This document shows, in pieces, positions 10,136 to 20,746 of a stretch of DNA of 64,000 bases (its first letter is position 1; every line of letters starts with the position of its first letter). The stretch comes from Calditrichia bacterium. GTDB taxonomy: Bacteria > Calditrichota > Calditrichia > JAJRVZ01. Position numbers and translations under genes: made by a program. The stretch covers positions 480,001 through 544,000 of the forward strand of contig CAWCNS010000005.1 of NCBI GenBank assembly GCA_963796965.1. Direction: 5' to 3'. The notes below the pieces were generated by a model. It had not been told where the DNA came from. It was given only the letters and a program-made list of their open reading frames with translations, and searched no databases.

Positions 10136-13100
10136 CCGTAATATCACTAACTTCTCAATTACCTCTTTCTGCTCAGTCTCATTCTTTACGATTAATTTAT
10201 ACAGATAAACCCCATTGGCCATAATATCACCATCATCATCACGTCCATCCCAGGGATAGTGGTTAAAACCATCTACCGGGGGTGGAATACTTTTCATTGA
10301 CCGGACCAGACGCCCTGTAACAGTGAATATCTTAATTGTAACTTCCGTATCTAAAGCAGAGCCGAGTAACTGAAAAGTAAAACTTGTCTCATCGCTAAAG
10401 GGGTTGGGATAATTTACCACATTCTCCAGGACAAGACCTTCTTCTTCGACAACGGTGAAGGCGATCTCCTCCTTGGTAGGATTATTAAGATTGTCCCAGG
10501 CTTCAAGTTTTAAATAATGATCCCCCGGAACCAGATCATCAAGATAATAAGAAAGTTTTCCATCGGAGTAGCTATTTCTCTCATAAGCAAAAAAGGAGGT
10601 TATATCCAATGGAGGATTATCATCAATTGTAATCTCGATTTTATGTCCAACTTCCTGGGTTAAATTTATACCATTCTCATCGGAAATAAGAGCGGTTAAC
10701 AACGTATTTTCCTTTACCATATCACCATCGCGGAAATCTTCCTGCTCATCAAAATAGATAGTAACCTCCGGACCATCCGCATCTGACAGATTATCGTTAC
10801 TACCAATAAATAAAAGGGTATCAACGTAACCCATTGCACTTCCGATCCCCTCTTCATTCCAGGCAAATATGGTTGCCCGACCGGTCGATTTCGGGTGATA
10901 TCGGATTGACTTCGGGACAATAAATTCACCTGTAAAAGATCCATTATCAACCGAAATCTCACCTTTAAATATTCTGGGACCAAACAGTGTATAGTCATAG
11001 GGACCTCCCGTATTGACAGAATCATAACGGGCATCGTTAACAATCAGATAGGCACCGCCGCTGAAGTCTTCACTCTTTTCCGTGACACCTTCATCTGAGA
11101 CAACCCCACTTATTGTAACTTTACTCAAAGCTTTCAGGGTATCCGGTGCAATATCTGTCACCTCAATGAAACCTCTTGGATCAGCCAGATGCATGGTCGG
11201 GTCACCAAACAAATGATATTTTTGGTCGTTGTCATTACTTTGCATGGATAGAATGAGGGCATCTCCAAGTCGACGACTTGCTACCCCGGTGGGGAATAAA
11301 TAGGTCAGTACCCTTTGATTAAATCTGATATTAGATCCGGCGTAAACCAGCCTGGAAGAAGATATCACTGCAATCGCTCCCCTATCTTCCTCCCAAACCA
11401 ATGCTTCAGAGAAACTGGGATCATGGGGATCGTCATACTTACCAAAATCACAGGTGGCAGCAATCCATAACGGCAGTCTTCCTTCATTCTGGATACGGGG
11501 CAAGTCTCTTGTCATATCGAGGGCGGATTCATGGGCCCAGGCGGTAGGCGATCCATGACCAGCATAATTAATTATCAATGTCCCCTCATTTAATTGATCA
11601 ATAATTGCCTGGTTCGCTTTGGGTTTCACCCAGCCAAAACCACCCGGCACACGCTCATAGGCTGTTAAATATATTTTTTTCTGGATAAATTTTTTCGATC
11701 CCGGGACAGTTGTTAAATATATTTCAGTATCCCTCTGGTGAAACCACTCAGAATCTGATGTATTGGTCGTATTATCATCGGCAACGAAGGTCAGCGTTGT
11801 CTGCCAACCATCTTTCAGTTTATTGCCAGAATAGGACTTTAATTTGTCTACCATTCGTCTGGCATCTTGGTTTGACTCAACGGGCATTCGCCCTATGGCT
11901 AAGTCGGGCTGAATCGATGCGAAGGAATTCGAAGAGAAATTGACATCCACATAGAAATTATCGCTCTCCCGGCTATTAACTTCACGTGCTCCTTCAATTT
12001 CAAAGGGAGGTACACGATTGCTGTCTGAAAGGGCAATATTTCTATAATCATAATGACCATCACCAAATAACAGCACATAGGCGGGTTTTGGAGAGGACCA
12101 GTTATAATAGGCGTAACGGATAAAATTCCGTATCGCTACCACATCTCTCACCCCACTGCCAAAATAGAAAAAGATATCATTGAGATCAACAACCTTTCCC
12201 CGGATCGGATCGGCTTCGTTTGCTCGCAGGGTTACAATTTCCTCCGCATAGGATCTATAAGAAGGATCCGTAATAATCAACAAATCTGCTGACTGCATGG
12301 GATCCATCAGGTTATCTGATGGCTGGTAGGCAATAAGAGAAGAGACATTATTTATTGCAGGTGATGAAGCTGATGTTGCAATCAACCGTCGTGGCTTGTT
12401 ATCGCTAAGATCAAGATTAAACGCATATTCACTGCCTTGAACGGCAGAATTCGTCTCAAGCAAGTTCACATTCACGGGATCAGTAATATCAAACAGTAAT
12501 GCTTCCGGGCTTGTAAATCCGTTTATCGTATAACTGAGAACCTGCCCCCGGGTATTGGTATAAAAAATTAACTGATTGTCCTTCGCCTTAAAATCACGGG
12601 GATAGTAAAACTCCACCCAGTCAAGATAGGCATTACAGTTATCATAGTTGCCAATATATTCCATATAGAGGGAATTTAATCCTTCCTGCAGATAATCTGT
12701 TGAAATAAAACTTTGCTGTTCGGTTTTTGAATTCCATCTTGAAAAGTTTAGATTTGAAATTATTGGAGCAGTTGCTTTATTAGGATTGATCCAGGTACTT
12801 ACGACATATTGATAATTGTCATCATCTCTGTATTTAAGACCTGACCCGCCCTTAAATCGAATAATCATTTCTGACTGATGGGGAATCTGGCTTATATTGT
12901 TTATCGTATAATCCAGAGAGACCGTATGAGATTTACCATAAAAGCGATAACCGTACCAGTCGGGTCCGGAGGCCATCAGGTTATACTTATCCTCTTCAAA
13001 GTGAACCTTTTCCATAAAATAGGTATCACTTATACCCACACCGGTAACAGGTGTGGTCTGAACTGCCATCCGCTTGCCCGTAGACTGGCCATAAGTAAAC

Positions 13101-14155
13101 CAATAATAATTTTTTGTATCATAGGGATGCTGAGAGAAGACAAATTTATTGGCTGTCTCAGAGTAATACCAACCACCTGCGCCGGTACCATAAAATAGAA
13201 TATAATCTTCACTATCAAAACGGCTATCTTCTTCGCCTTTAATATAGATAGCTGTCTCTACAGGTCCTTCCGGCTGCTCCAGGAGACTGGTTGTATTTGG
13301 ATTCAGTGGTTTTCCGCCATGGCTATAAATTTTGAAAGTCCGTGGATCAATATTATCGACATCAATACCAGCAGCAGCAAGTGTTGCTCTGCTGATCTTA
13401 TATAAGCCATCTGTGTTTATTTCCATTTTATACCAGGGACCTGAAAAAGAGGCGCTTATTTTGCGTAATCCTTTCACATGCCCGACCAACCAGTTCCGCG
13501 CCTGCTCAAAATTGATCACCATCTCTTCATATAGATTGTCGATCTTTGATTGAGCCACATAAGAGGCCCCATTTTTGTTTCCACCAGAAATCTTAAAAGT
13601 GATAGTAGCGGACTTAATTATTTTCAGGTTCCTGGCAAGTGGATCATAACTTATGGGATAGAAATTTATATTTACAAGCGGCATATCACGGAAATAGACC
13701 TGTTCAGATATTTCTATGAGAGGTTTTTCCACAAGTTTTTGCTGACTTTTCCCGGAAGGTTGTGACATAATGGTAATACCGTGTTTGTCTTTTCCAGGGA
13801 GCGCAGTAAACGGTAAGTTAATATTCTCTTTTGACTCATAAATAATATCAGACATTTCATAGGTAACCTGGGCGTTCTCGGGAATACCGATAGAAAATCT
13901 TTTAATGGGTAGCTGATAGTTTCCCTCAAAATCTGCGTAGTCACACTGGTCAAAAGAAAGGTGAAAGTTGTTTTGGTCCTCTTCACCAGATGGATCAATA
14001 GCAATTTCAGGTATTTGCCACTCGATCTGCAGTATATTCTGATTTTGCTTAATAATCTTTAGGGGGATTAATTGGGCAGGAGAACCTTTATCGGTAAAAT
14101 TAGAACTGAGTGAAAAAAATGCCACGGCTGCTATCATTAGTAGGCGCTTAAGCAT
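10133..14155 (-). CDS. porU: Type IX secretion sortase PorU-like protein (C25 peptidase) with C-terminal FlgD-Ig domain
   Basis: PWYKMEINTDGLYKI, AIRNFIRY, YVLLFGDG, IGRMPV, NYAGHGS (His) and AATCDFG (Cys), LFGDP, NYPNPF...WDGRD. ATG at 14155 has a GGAG RBS. Confidence 0.85.
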   Translation of the reverse strand: MLKRLLMIAAVAFFSLSSNFTDKGSPAQLIPLKIIKQNQNILQIEWQIPEIAIDPSGEEDQNNFHLSFDQCDYADFEGNYQLPIKRFSIGIPENAQVTYEMSDIIYESKENINLPFTALPGKDKHGITIMSQPSGKSQQKLVEKPLIEISEQVYFRDMPLVNINFYPISYDPLARNLKIIKSATITFKISGGNKNGASYVAQSKIDNLYEEMVINFEQARNWLVGHVKGLRKISASFSGPWYKMEINTDGLYKISRATLAAAGIDVDNIDPRTFKIYSHGGKPLNPNTTSLLEQPEGPVETAIYIKGEEDSRFDSEDYILFYGTGAGGWYYSETANKFVFSQHPYDTKNYYWFTYGQSTGKRMAVQTTPVTGVGISDTYFMEKVHFEEDKYNLMASGPDWYGYRFYGKSHTVSLDYTINNISQIPHQSEMIIRFKGGSGLKYRDDDNYQYVVSTWINPNKATAPIISNLNFSRWNSKTEQQSFISTDYLQEGLNSLYMEYIGNYDNCNAYLDWVEFYYPRDFKAKDNQLIFYTNTRGQVLSYTINGFTSPEALLFDITDPVNVNLLETNSAVQGSEYAFNLDLSDNKPRRLIATSASSPAINNVSSLIAYQPSDNLMDPMQSADLLIITDPSYRSYAEEIVTLRANEADPIRGKVVDLNDIFFYFGSGVRDVVAIRNFIRYAYYNWSSPKPAYVLLFGDGHYDYRNIALSDSNRVPPFEIEGAREVNSRESDNFYVDVNFSSNSFASIQPDLAIGRMPVESNQDARRMVDKLKSYSGNKLKDGWQTTLTFVADDNTTNTSDSEWFHQRDTEIYLTTVPGSKKFIQKKIYLTAYERVPGGFGWVKPKANQAIIDQLNEGTLIINYAGHGSPTAWAHESALDMTRDLPRIQNEGRLPLWIAATCDFGKYDDPHDPSFSEALVWEEDRGAIAVISSSRLVYAGSNIRFNQRVLTYLFPTGVASRRLGDALILSMQSNDNDQKYHLFGDPTMHLADPRGFIEVTDIAPDTLKALSKVTISGVVSDEGVTEKSEDFSGGAYLIVNDARYDSVNTGGPYDYTLFGPRIFKGEISVDNGSFTGEFIVPKSIRYHPKSTGRATIFAWNEEGIGSAMGYVDTLLFIGSNDNLSDADGPEVTIYFDEQEDFRDGDMVKENTLLTALISDENGINLTQEVGHKIEITIDDNPPLDITSFFAYERNSYSDGKLSYYLDDLVPGDHYLKLEAWDNLNNPTKEEIAFTVVEEEGLVLENVVNYPNPFSDETSFTFQLLGSALDTEVTIKIFTVTGRLVRSMKSIPPPVDGFNHYPWDGRDDDGDIMANGVYLYKLIVKNETEQKEVIEKLVILR

Positions 14156-14710
14156 AGATAATCTCCATTGAATCGAAAAGAGTTTCAACATTTAGCCGTA
14201 CCAAATTTCAGCAGCAGGCCTCCTTGATTATTTAACGTTACGAAATTTAGTATCAAATGGCACTTCAAGCAAATATCGACTGTAATTACATTTACGTCTT
14301 TAACGGTTCTTTTTAAATCTAGGTTCCATAAAAACCGGGGTTTATTTTTCCGAACAATGTGACCTGGTCCGAAAAAATTCAAATCTCTAATATAGGGGAA
14401 AAAGAATATTATTTAATAATCTTAAACGGATCAACCATCCTGGTTACTGAAATATATACTTATTATCCGAGATTATGAGCTATAGTTCAATTTCTCTGAA
14501 TAATACTTCAATTTATGTGTGCAATTCATCAGAAATAAAAAAGAAGAAATTTCCTGTCTTTTGGTTGAGTTTTAGAATTTAGGGTCGACTACTTAGTTAT
14601 ATTTTATCCGATCTCCGATAGAATTAAGGAGGTTAGTTAAAATGACTTGAATAGATTCATTATGCTAATTAAATTGGAAGTTACCGCATGACAAAAAAGG
14701 GCTCTATTTA

Positions 14711-16519
14711 ATGCTTCGGTGCATAAAATTAATATTCCTTATATTAGTCTTTGCTTTTCTGATCAAACCGACTTATGCCCAGGATAAGAGAGGGATTGGT
14801 ATTTTTCCTTTTGACAACCTGAGTAAGCAGGAGAAGTACGATTGGATTAGTTTTGGTATCAATTATCTTTTATCAAACAAACTCTCAAACATCGCTTCCT
14901 ATTATGTTCCTGAGCAAAATATAATCCTTAAAGCCATGCGTGATGCCGGATATCCAAAGGAAAAGGTAAATGGTGAGATGGTTTATCATGTGGGAAAATC
15001 CTCAGGGATAAACATTGGTATTATTGGTACCTATCACACCAATGGAAGTACCATTGAAGTAACGGTAAATTTCATGAATGCCTTTAATGGTGCCTCCATA
15101 TTCTCGAAAACGTACAACAACAAATTTGATGAAATATTTATAATTGCTGATGATATTACTAAAAACCTGATCGATCTTTCCACCGTCTCCCTAAACCAAA
15201 ATGAGCAGAATATCATCAACCGCCAAATCACAACTTCTGCCAAAGCTTTTCAGAATTTCTGTTTAGGATATATTGAGAATGAGAAACCCAACCGTCAGAG
15301 AGAAGTGGTAATTGGTCTCTTTCGCAATGCATTACGAGATGATCCTAACTTCTGGGAAGCATCTTATAATTTGGGTATTGCCTATTTTAATGATCAGGAT
15401 TATACAAAGGCTTTACAGCAATTTGACAAAATCATCGCTGCACTTCCCGGATTTGAGAAGCCCTATTACGGACGTGCATTAATTTTGTACCGTAAAAAAG
15501 AATACGCAAAAGCCAAGTCTGACTTCGAAAAAGTCATAAAATTTAATCCAAATGATTATAAGCCATACTATTATCTTGGTAAAATTAGCATCAATCTTAA
15601 ACAATATAATGATGCTCAAAAATACTTAAAAAAAGCGGCTGAAATAAACCCTGACTTTAGTAAAATCTATGTTGAATTGGGCAACATATCTTTCGATCAA
15701 AAAAAATATCGGGGTGCGATACCTCAATATCGAAAAGCACTTGAACTGGATCCGGAAGATATAGGTGCATTACAAAAGCAGGGTGAATCCTATTACCGTA
15801 CACAGGTTTATTACAGTGCTTATTCACAATTCCAAAAAATTCTTGATCTCGATCCTAACAATGCCGCCGCGAGTTTTATGCTTGGCATCACTTCCTATAA
15901 GCAGGCCGTCCTTAGTGAATTGATCGAAGCATTTCTTGAGTTATTTGATGCCAATATTGCAGAGGAAAATAAAAATAGAAAAAAACTAGCCGGAACCCGA
16001 AAAGAAAGACAGGAAGTATACAGGGAGATGATATCAGCCTTTGGACGGGCTGAAAAAGCAAGAAAAGGATTTCTGGAAGCCACTTTCAACCTGGCCCTTA
16101 CCTACAATGATATGGGTTTGCTTGATAGTGCTGAAATCTACTATCTAAAATCGATACAGATAAAGCCTGATCTTGTAAGAGCGCATGTTAAATTAGTGAA
16201 AGTTTATGATGAGCAAAAGAAAAAAGAAAATGCATTGGCTGAGTATAAGAAGGTACTCTCAATCGATCCCGGATATTTTATTGCTCATCCAACCCTGGGG
16301 CCCGAACATAGTTATATTAATATTATAGATGTAACACTTAAAGAAATGAACCAAAAGATTGAAGATAATCCCAATGACTTGCAAGCCAACCAAATGATGG
16401 CTAAAATATTTTATGCCCAGGGATTCCATGGAAAAGCAGCCAATATATACCGAAAGATCCTTAAAATCAGCCCAAATGATGCAGAGGCTAAATCGATGCT
16501 GGCTAAATTGGAGAAATGA
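14711..16519 (+). CDS. Secreted TPR protein with TolB-N/FlgO-like domain
   Basis: Signal peptide (AYA-like cleavage TYA-Q); IGIFPFDNLS...WISFG; TPR repeats; paralog of 6162-8816. Confidence 0.8.
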   Translation: MLRCIKLIFLILVFAFLIKPTYAQDKRGIGIFPFDNLSKQEKYDWISFGINYLLSNKLSNIASYYVPEQNIILKAMRDAGYPKEKVNGEMVYHVGKSSGINIGIIGTYHTNGSTIEVTVNFMNAFNGASIFSKTYNNKFDEIFIIADDITKNLIDLSTVSLNQNEQNIINRQITTSAKAFQNFCLGYIENEKPNRQREVVIGLFRNALRDDPNFWEASYNLGIAYFNDQDYTKALQQFDKIIAALPGFEKPYYGRALILYRKKEYAKAKSDFEKVIKFNPNDYKPYYYLGKISINLKQYNDAQKYLKKAAEINPDFSKIYVELGNISFDQKKYRGAIPQYRKALELDPEDIGALQKQGESYYRTQVYYSAYSQFQKILDLDPNNAAASFMLGITSYKQAVLSELIEAFLELFDANIAEENKNRKKLAGTRKERQEVYREMISAFGRAEKARKGFLEATFNLALTYNDMGLLDSAEIYYLKSIQIKPDLVRAHVKLVKVYDEQKKKENALAEYKKVLSIDPGYFIAHPTLGPEHSYINIIDVTLKEMNQKIEDNPNDLQANQMMAKIFYAQGFHGKAANIYRKILKISPNDAEAKSMLAKLEK

Positions 16520-16525
16520 TAATTT

Positions 16526-16744
16526 TCAGGATAATAAACTTATTATTTCGGAAGAATCTGGAAAACGTCCCGTTTGACGTTTAGAAAAAATGAGTTCCCC
16601 TTCTTTTACCACCTCAAATACTCCTCCGGAGCTCTTAATATATTCGATATCTACATCACTAAATTTATTCTTTATATCTTGCGCCAGACTGGCAGCATGG
16701 GGATAATAGTTTCAGACATGGCAATATTCAATGGTAACTTTCAC
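16526..16744 (-). CDS. Rdx family (SelT/SelW/SelH) selenoprotein, CxxU motif; absent from the ORF track
   Basis: GGAG RBS and GTG start give MKVTIEYCHV-U(TGA at 16712-16714)-NYYPHAASLAQDIKNKFSDVDIEYIKSSGGVFEVVKEGELIFSKRQTGRFPDSSEIISLLS*; GGxFEV and GRFP are Rdx hallmarks. Confidence 0.9.
16673..16708 (-). promoter_or_regulatory. Bacterial SECIS-like hairpin
   Basis: TATC..TGCTGCCA-GTC-TGGCGCA.GATA stem-loop with a G-U-containing apical loop about 22 nt 3' of the in-frame UGA. Confidence 0.7.
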
Positions 16745-16855
16745 TTATTTTCTCCATTATTTATTTTTGTCGTCTTGACTATGCGTTTACACTTTATGAC
16801 ATAATTTGAATAGAATTAAAATTGAAAAGAAAAATCACCCTTAAATCTAGCCGGT

Positions 16856-17878
16856 TTACTTTAGCATCTTTATCTTTTCAATCAAAGCATCTGTAATTTC
16901 ATCGGTTGTATGCTTACCTCCCAGATCAGGTGTCAAATATCGTCTTTCCGCTAATAAAAGGGTAATCGCTGCCCGGATCCTGGCAGCAACTTTCTCTTCA
17001 CCCAGATGCCGTAACATCAACACAGCCGAGGCGATTGTTGCCAGTGGATTTGCAATCCCCTTTCCGGCAATATCCGGGGCACTACCATGCACAGATTCAA
17101 AGACCGCATAGGTATCACCAATATTTGCACCGGGGACCAAACCTAACCCGCCGACCAATCCGGCCGTAAGGTCAGAGATGATATCACCATATAAATTTGT
17201 CAAGACAAGTACGTCAAATTGTTCCGGACGCATTACCAGCTGCATGGCACAATTATCTACAATGATCTCTTTATATGTGATATTTGGATAATCCTTTGCA
17301 ATGTCGCGAACTGAGCGCAGAAACATGCCATCACTTTTTTTCATAATATTAGCTTTATGGACTGCATGTACTGTTTTACGATTATTTTTAGAGGCCCAGT
17401 CAAAAGCAAACTTTGCAATTCGACGCGAAGCCTTTTCTGTAATTATTTTCAAACCCTGTGCTACTCCCGGCGCTATCTCATTCTCCATTCCAGCATACAA
17501 ATCTTCCGTATTCTCCCGGAATATCACTAAATCGATTGCTGAATGGTGAAAGGAAATCCCCAAAGACGATCGGACAGGTCGGAAATTGGCGTACAAATCC
17601 AAAGACTTACGTAATTCTACATTTACTGACTTATATCCCCCTCCAATGGGTGTTGTGAGTGGACCTTTTAGTGCAACTTTATTCTTTTTTATTGCTTCAA
17701 GTGTTTCATCAGGTAACGTCGCACCTGATTTTTCCACAGCCGACTGACCCGCATCGACAATTTCCCAATCGATGACAACCCCTGCTGCCGCCAAAACCTT
17801 TCTGGTCGCTGATGTTACTTCAGGACCGATACCATCACCGGGAATCAAAGTTACAAGATGCTTCTTTTGTTCAGCCAT
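16856..17878 (-). CDS. icd: Isocitrate dehydrogenase (NAD-type; isocitrate/isopropylmalate DH family)
   Basis: [52 protein letters not shown]. Confidence 0.85.
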   Translation of the reverse strand: MAEQKKHLVTLIPGDGIGPEVTSATRKVLAAAGVVIDWEIVDAGQSAVEKSGATLPDETLEAIKKNKVALKGPLTTPIGGGYKSVNVELRKSLDLYANFRPVRSSLGISFHHSAIDLVIFRENTEDLYAGMENEIAPGVAQGLKIITEKASRRIAKFAFDWASKNNRKTVHAVHKANIMKKSDGMFLRSVRDIAKDYPNITYKEIIVDNCAMQLVMRPEQFDVLVLTNLYGDIISDLTAGLVGGLGLVPGANIGDTYAVFESVHGSAPDIAGKGIANPLATIASAVLMLRHLGEEKVAARIRAAITLLLAERRYLTPDLGGKHTTDEITDALIEKIKMLK

Positions 17879-18022
17879 GAGCTATCCTTTTTTATATATA
17901 ATCTTGTTTTTATGCCAGGGGTCAATTAATTTTTCATCCAAGTCATTTCAATTTACTAAAAATTGATGTAATCATCGCTATAATTTGTTTAAATAAACAA
18001 CACCTTGGAATCCTATACAAAT

Positions 18023-18592
18023 ATGAGATATAGTCATAAATTACAATTAAGTTACTTGATTGTACTTATATTGATTATTGGGATTTTCTATAATTTTCCC
18101 AGATTTTCTATAAAAGTTACACCAGTAACAATTTATACACACCCTATTGAAATAATTCACATTCCCCCAACCAAACACAATGTAACCAGGCGCCCCCCTC
18201 CCCCAAGACCACAAATACCTGTCGCAGCTGAGGAGTTAGAGATTCTATTGCCGGTCCTGATAAATACAAAAGCAAGTAATGCTATAGAAGAAAATTCTTT
18301 AAATTCCGATCTTCAATCTGGTTTACCTGAGGGATATCGCCCGCGACAATTACTCGAGGTTGTCCCTGAGAAAGTCGATGAAGAGTTTTCAGGAGAAATA
18401 GTTTTAGCTTTGAGAATTGGTAAAAACGGAAAGGTTATAAAACATCGAGTTCTTCACAATTCAACAGAATCTGCCATCTGTAAGGAGAACGCTTTAAATG
18501 CAGCTAAGGCATCATTGTGGGAATCGGCCACCATAAATGGGAAACCGGTGGAATACTGGATAGAAAAAACCTATAAGTTTAATGTTGATTGA
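18023..18592 (+). CDS. TonB family protein
   Basis: N-terminal TM helix, Pro-rich linker (RPPPPRP), TonB-C-like end (GKV...NGKPV). Confidence 0.7.
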   Translation: MRYSHKLQLSYLIVLILIIGIFYNFPRFSIKVTPVTIYTHPIEIIHIPPTKHNVTRRPPPPRPQIPVAAEELEILLPVLINTKASNAIEENSLNSDLQSGLPEGYRPRQLLEVVPEKVDEEFSGEIVLALRIGKNGKVIKHRVLHNSTESAICKENALNAAKASLWESATINGKPVEYWIEKTYKFNVD

Positions 18593-18633
18593 TTTGGTAG
18601 TCAGACCTCTCACAGACCTTCATATTAGTAAAT

Positions 18634-20730
18634 CTAAGAATTGTTTATAATGTTTTTGTCCTTTATGTAAACAGGTAAAAATATGCGAAAAGTAGTACCT
18701 TTATTCAATTCACTTTCAACAGTTATCTGGCCCCCATGTTCAAGAATAATTTGATATACAATCGAAAGCCCAAGACCGGTTCCATTTGATTTTGTTGTAA
18801 AAAATGGATTATACATATTATTCAAAGTTTCGTTATCCATCCCCAACCCTGTATCCGAAATCGTAATTTCATTATAAATATCTGAAAATAATTTTGGGAT
18901 ACGCTGGCGACGATCTATAATCGGAGTGGTCTCCTCGGGGAGTCGTGCACGAATTGTGAGAGTCCCGCCTTCATTCATGGCATCGATGGCATTGATAATC
19001 AGATTAAAGAAAACCTGTTCTATTTGATGAAAATCAACAAAAATTTCCTTTAAATCCCTTGAATAAACTTCTTTTACAATAATGTTGCTCATTTTGATTT
19101 TTCGGCGGAATAAAGGCAACACCTCATGCACAATATCGGGAATTTTACAGCGAACGGGATTTGGTCGTTGAGGGCGTGCATAAGAAAAAAATGATTTTAA
19201 CAGTTCATCCAAACGGTTAACCTGTCTGACAATGCGATCAATATACTCGTTCTTTGGATCGCCAACATCAAGCTCTTCCTGAAGCGTTTGTGCCATTGCC
19301 TTAATCCCGGCAAGAGGGTTTCTGATTTCGTGTGCAATTCCAGAAGCGAGTACACCCAGCGAGGCCATACGGTCCATTCGTATAATTTCTGCCTGAAGGC
19401 GTTTTGTTTGGGATATCTCCATAAAAGTTAAAGCATAGGATTGATTTTCTAAACTTTGATCTATGGAATAAAGTGAATATCCCAGGTATAGCTGCCGGTT
19501 TCCTGGATGTTTCACTAACATTTCCTGCCTTAACAGTGGTATGTTTTCCGCCTTAATCAGACTGTCGACAATTTCATACGCTTCATCACCCAAAATATCT
19601 GACAGTTTTTTTGTTCCTATTTCTCCAGATTGAAGTGTTTTGCGGGCAAAACTATTTATATATTTTAGCTGATAATTTTGATTAAATATAATCAAACCAA
19701 AACCGATTGAATCGAGTATATCTTTACAAAACTGTTGTTCTTCCTGATCACCATCCCCTGGCACCTCATTATCAGGGTTGTTATTTTTGTCCCTGTTGAG
19801 AAACAGGTTTTCCATCCGATAAACGATTTTTCCAAGAATTATGAGCGCTAAGGCCAGATCATTTTCGGCAAATGATTTACGATTCACCTTGTTTATAAGA
19901 ATAAATGCACCTCTTATCTGATGAAACACCGTAAGAGGGACAAATAGCAAAGAATTAATTTCAAATCCAATCAAGTCTTCCAATTCCTGAATGAATGGAT
20001 CGAGTAGCATCTCTTCATTAAAAATCATTGGACTATTTTCAGCAATTGCCCCAAGTATCCGCGAATTTTGCACTGAAAATGCCTTTGTTTTCTCAATTTT
20101 TTCAGTTTTTTCATTGAACTGATTGAGAACTAATTGTTTTTTTGGGGAATCAAATTCAAGAAAATGTGATTTCTCAGCCGAAAAAGTCAGTTCAAGTTTA
20201 TGTCGTACGTGCTTTTGGAGGTGAACAAAAAAACCGCTCTGATCGGTCATTTTATCCAGGGCTTCTAGTTGAAGGATGTTTTCAAACTGATAAATCAGTT
20301 TATTTTCATTTGCCAAAAATGCATGATTGGAGTCCTGGCGTTTTTGCAGATTTGCAAGAGTTCCCATATTCCCAACCAATGATTCAATTTCAGCTTGGGT
20401 GAAGGGATCATTTATGATACTGCTAGGTTTATCTTTTATTAAATCTTCAATTTTATCAATATGATTGTCGTTGACAATATAAATAAATGGAATAACGGAG
20501 AGATCTCTTTGGGAACGGAGGGTAAAAATACTTTTAATACTTTTTATTTCACAAGAGGGTAAATCAAAAATAAGAAGATCGAATCCATCAAATTTAATAT
20601 ATTTATTATCAATATCTTTAAAATTGAAAGAAACGATTTTTCGGCGGGGATCATTGATTTGTTGGACTAAATAATCGATGCGTTGATCATCATCACAAAC
20701 TAATCCTATGTTCATAGCATTCAGATTCAT
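18634..20730 (-). CDS. Sensor histidine kinase (degenerate receiver + GAF + PAS + HisKA + HATPase)
   Basis: AHEIRNPL H-box; NLIINAIDAM, DTGLG, PFFTTK, GTGLGL. Confidence 0.9.
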   Translation of the reverse strand: MNLNAMNIGLVCDDDQRIDYLVQQINDPRRKIVSFNFKDIDNKYIKFDGFDLLIFDLPSCEIKSIKSIFTLRSQRDLSVIPFIYIVNDNHIDKIEDLIKDKPSSIINDPFTQAEIESLVGNMGTLANLQKRQDSNHAFLANENKLIYQFENILQLEALDKMTDQSGFFVHLQKHVRHKLELTFSAEKSHFLEFDSPKKQLVLNQFNEKTEKIEKTKAFSVQNSRILGAIAENSPMIFNEEMLLDPFIQELEDLIGFEINSLLFVPLTVFHQIRGAFILINKVNRKSFAENDLALALIILGKIVYRMENLFLNRDKNNNPDNEVPGDGDQEEQQFCKDILDSIGFGLIIFNQNYQLKYINSFARKTLQSGEIGTKKLSDILGDEAYEIVDSLIKAENIPLLRQEMLVKHPGNRQLYLGYSLYSIDQSLENQSYALTFMEISQTKRLQAEIIRMDRMASLGVLASGIAHEIRNPLAGIKAMAQTLQEELDVGDPKNEYIDRIVRQVNRLDELLKSFFSYARPQRPNPVRCKIPDIVHEVLPLFRRKIKMSNIIVKEVYSRDLKEIFVDFHQIEQVFFNLIINAIDAMNEGGTLTIRARLPEETTPIIDRRQRIPKLFSDIYNEITISDTGLGMDNETLNNMYNPFFTTKSNGTGLGLSIVYQIILEHGGQITVESELNKGTTFRIFLPVYIKDKNIINNS

Positions 20731-20746
20731 TCAGTTGATGACCGAA

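Noticed and set aside
9492..10224. Four overlapping MPKSKFQ... ORFs
   Set aside because: By-products of the 155-bp repeat (period not a multiple of 3); low complexity and no RBS
16574..16804. 76-aa plus-strand ORF
   Set aside because: Antisense shadow of the selenoprotein gene
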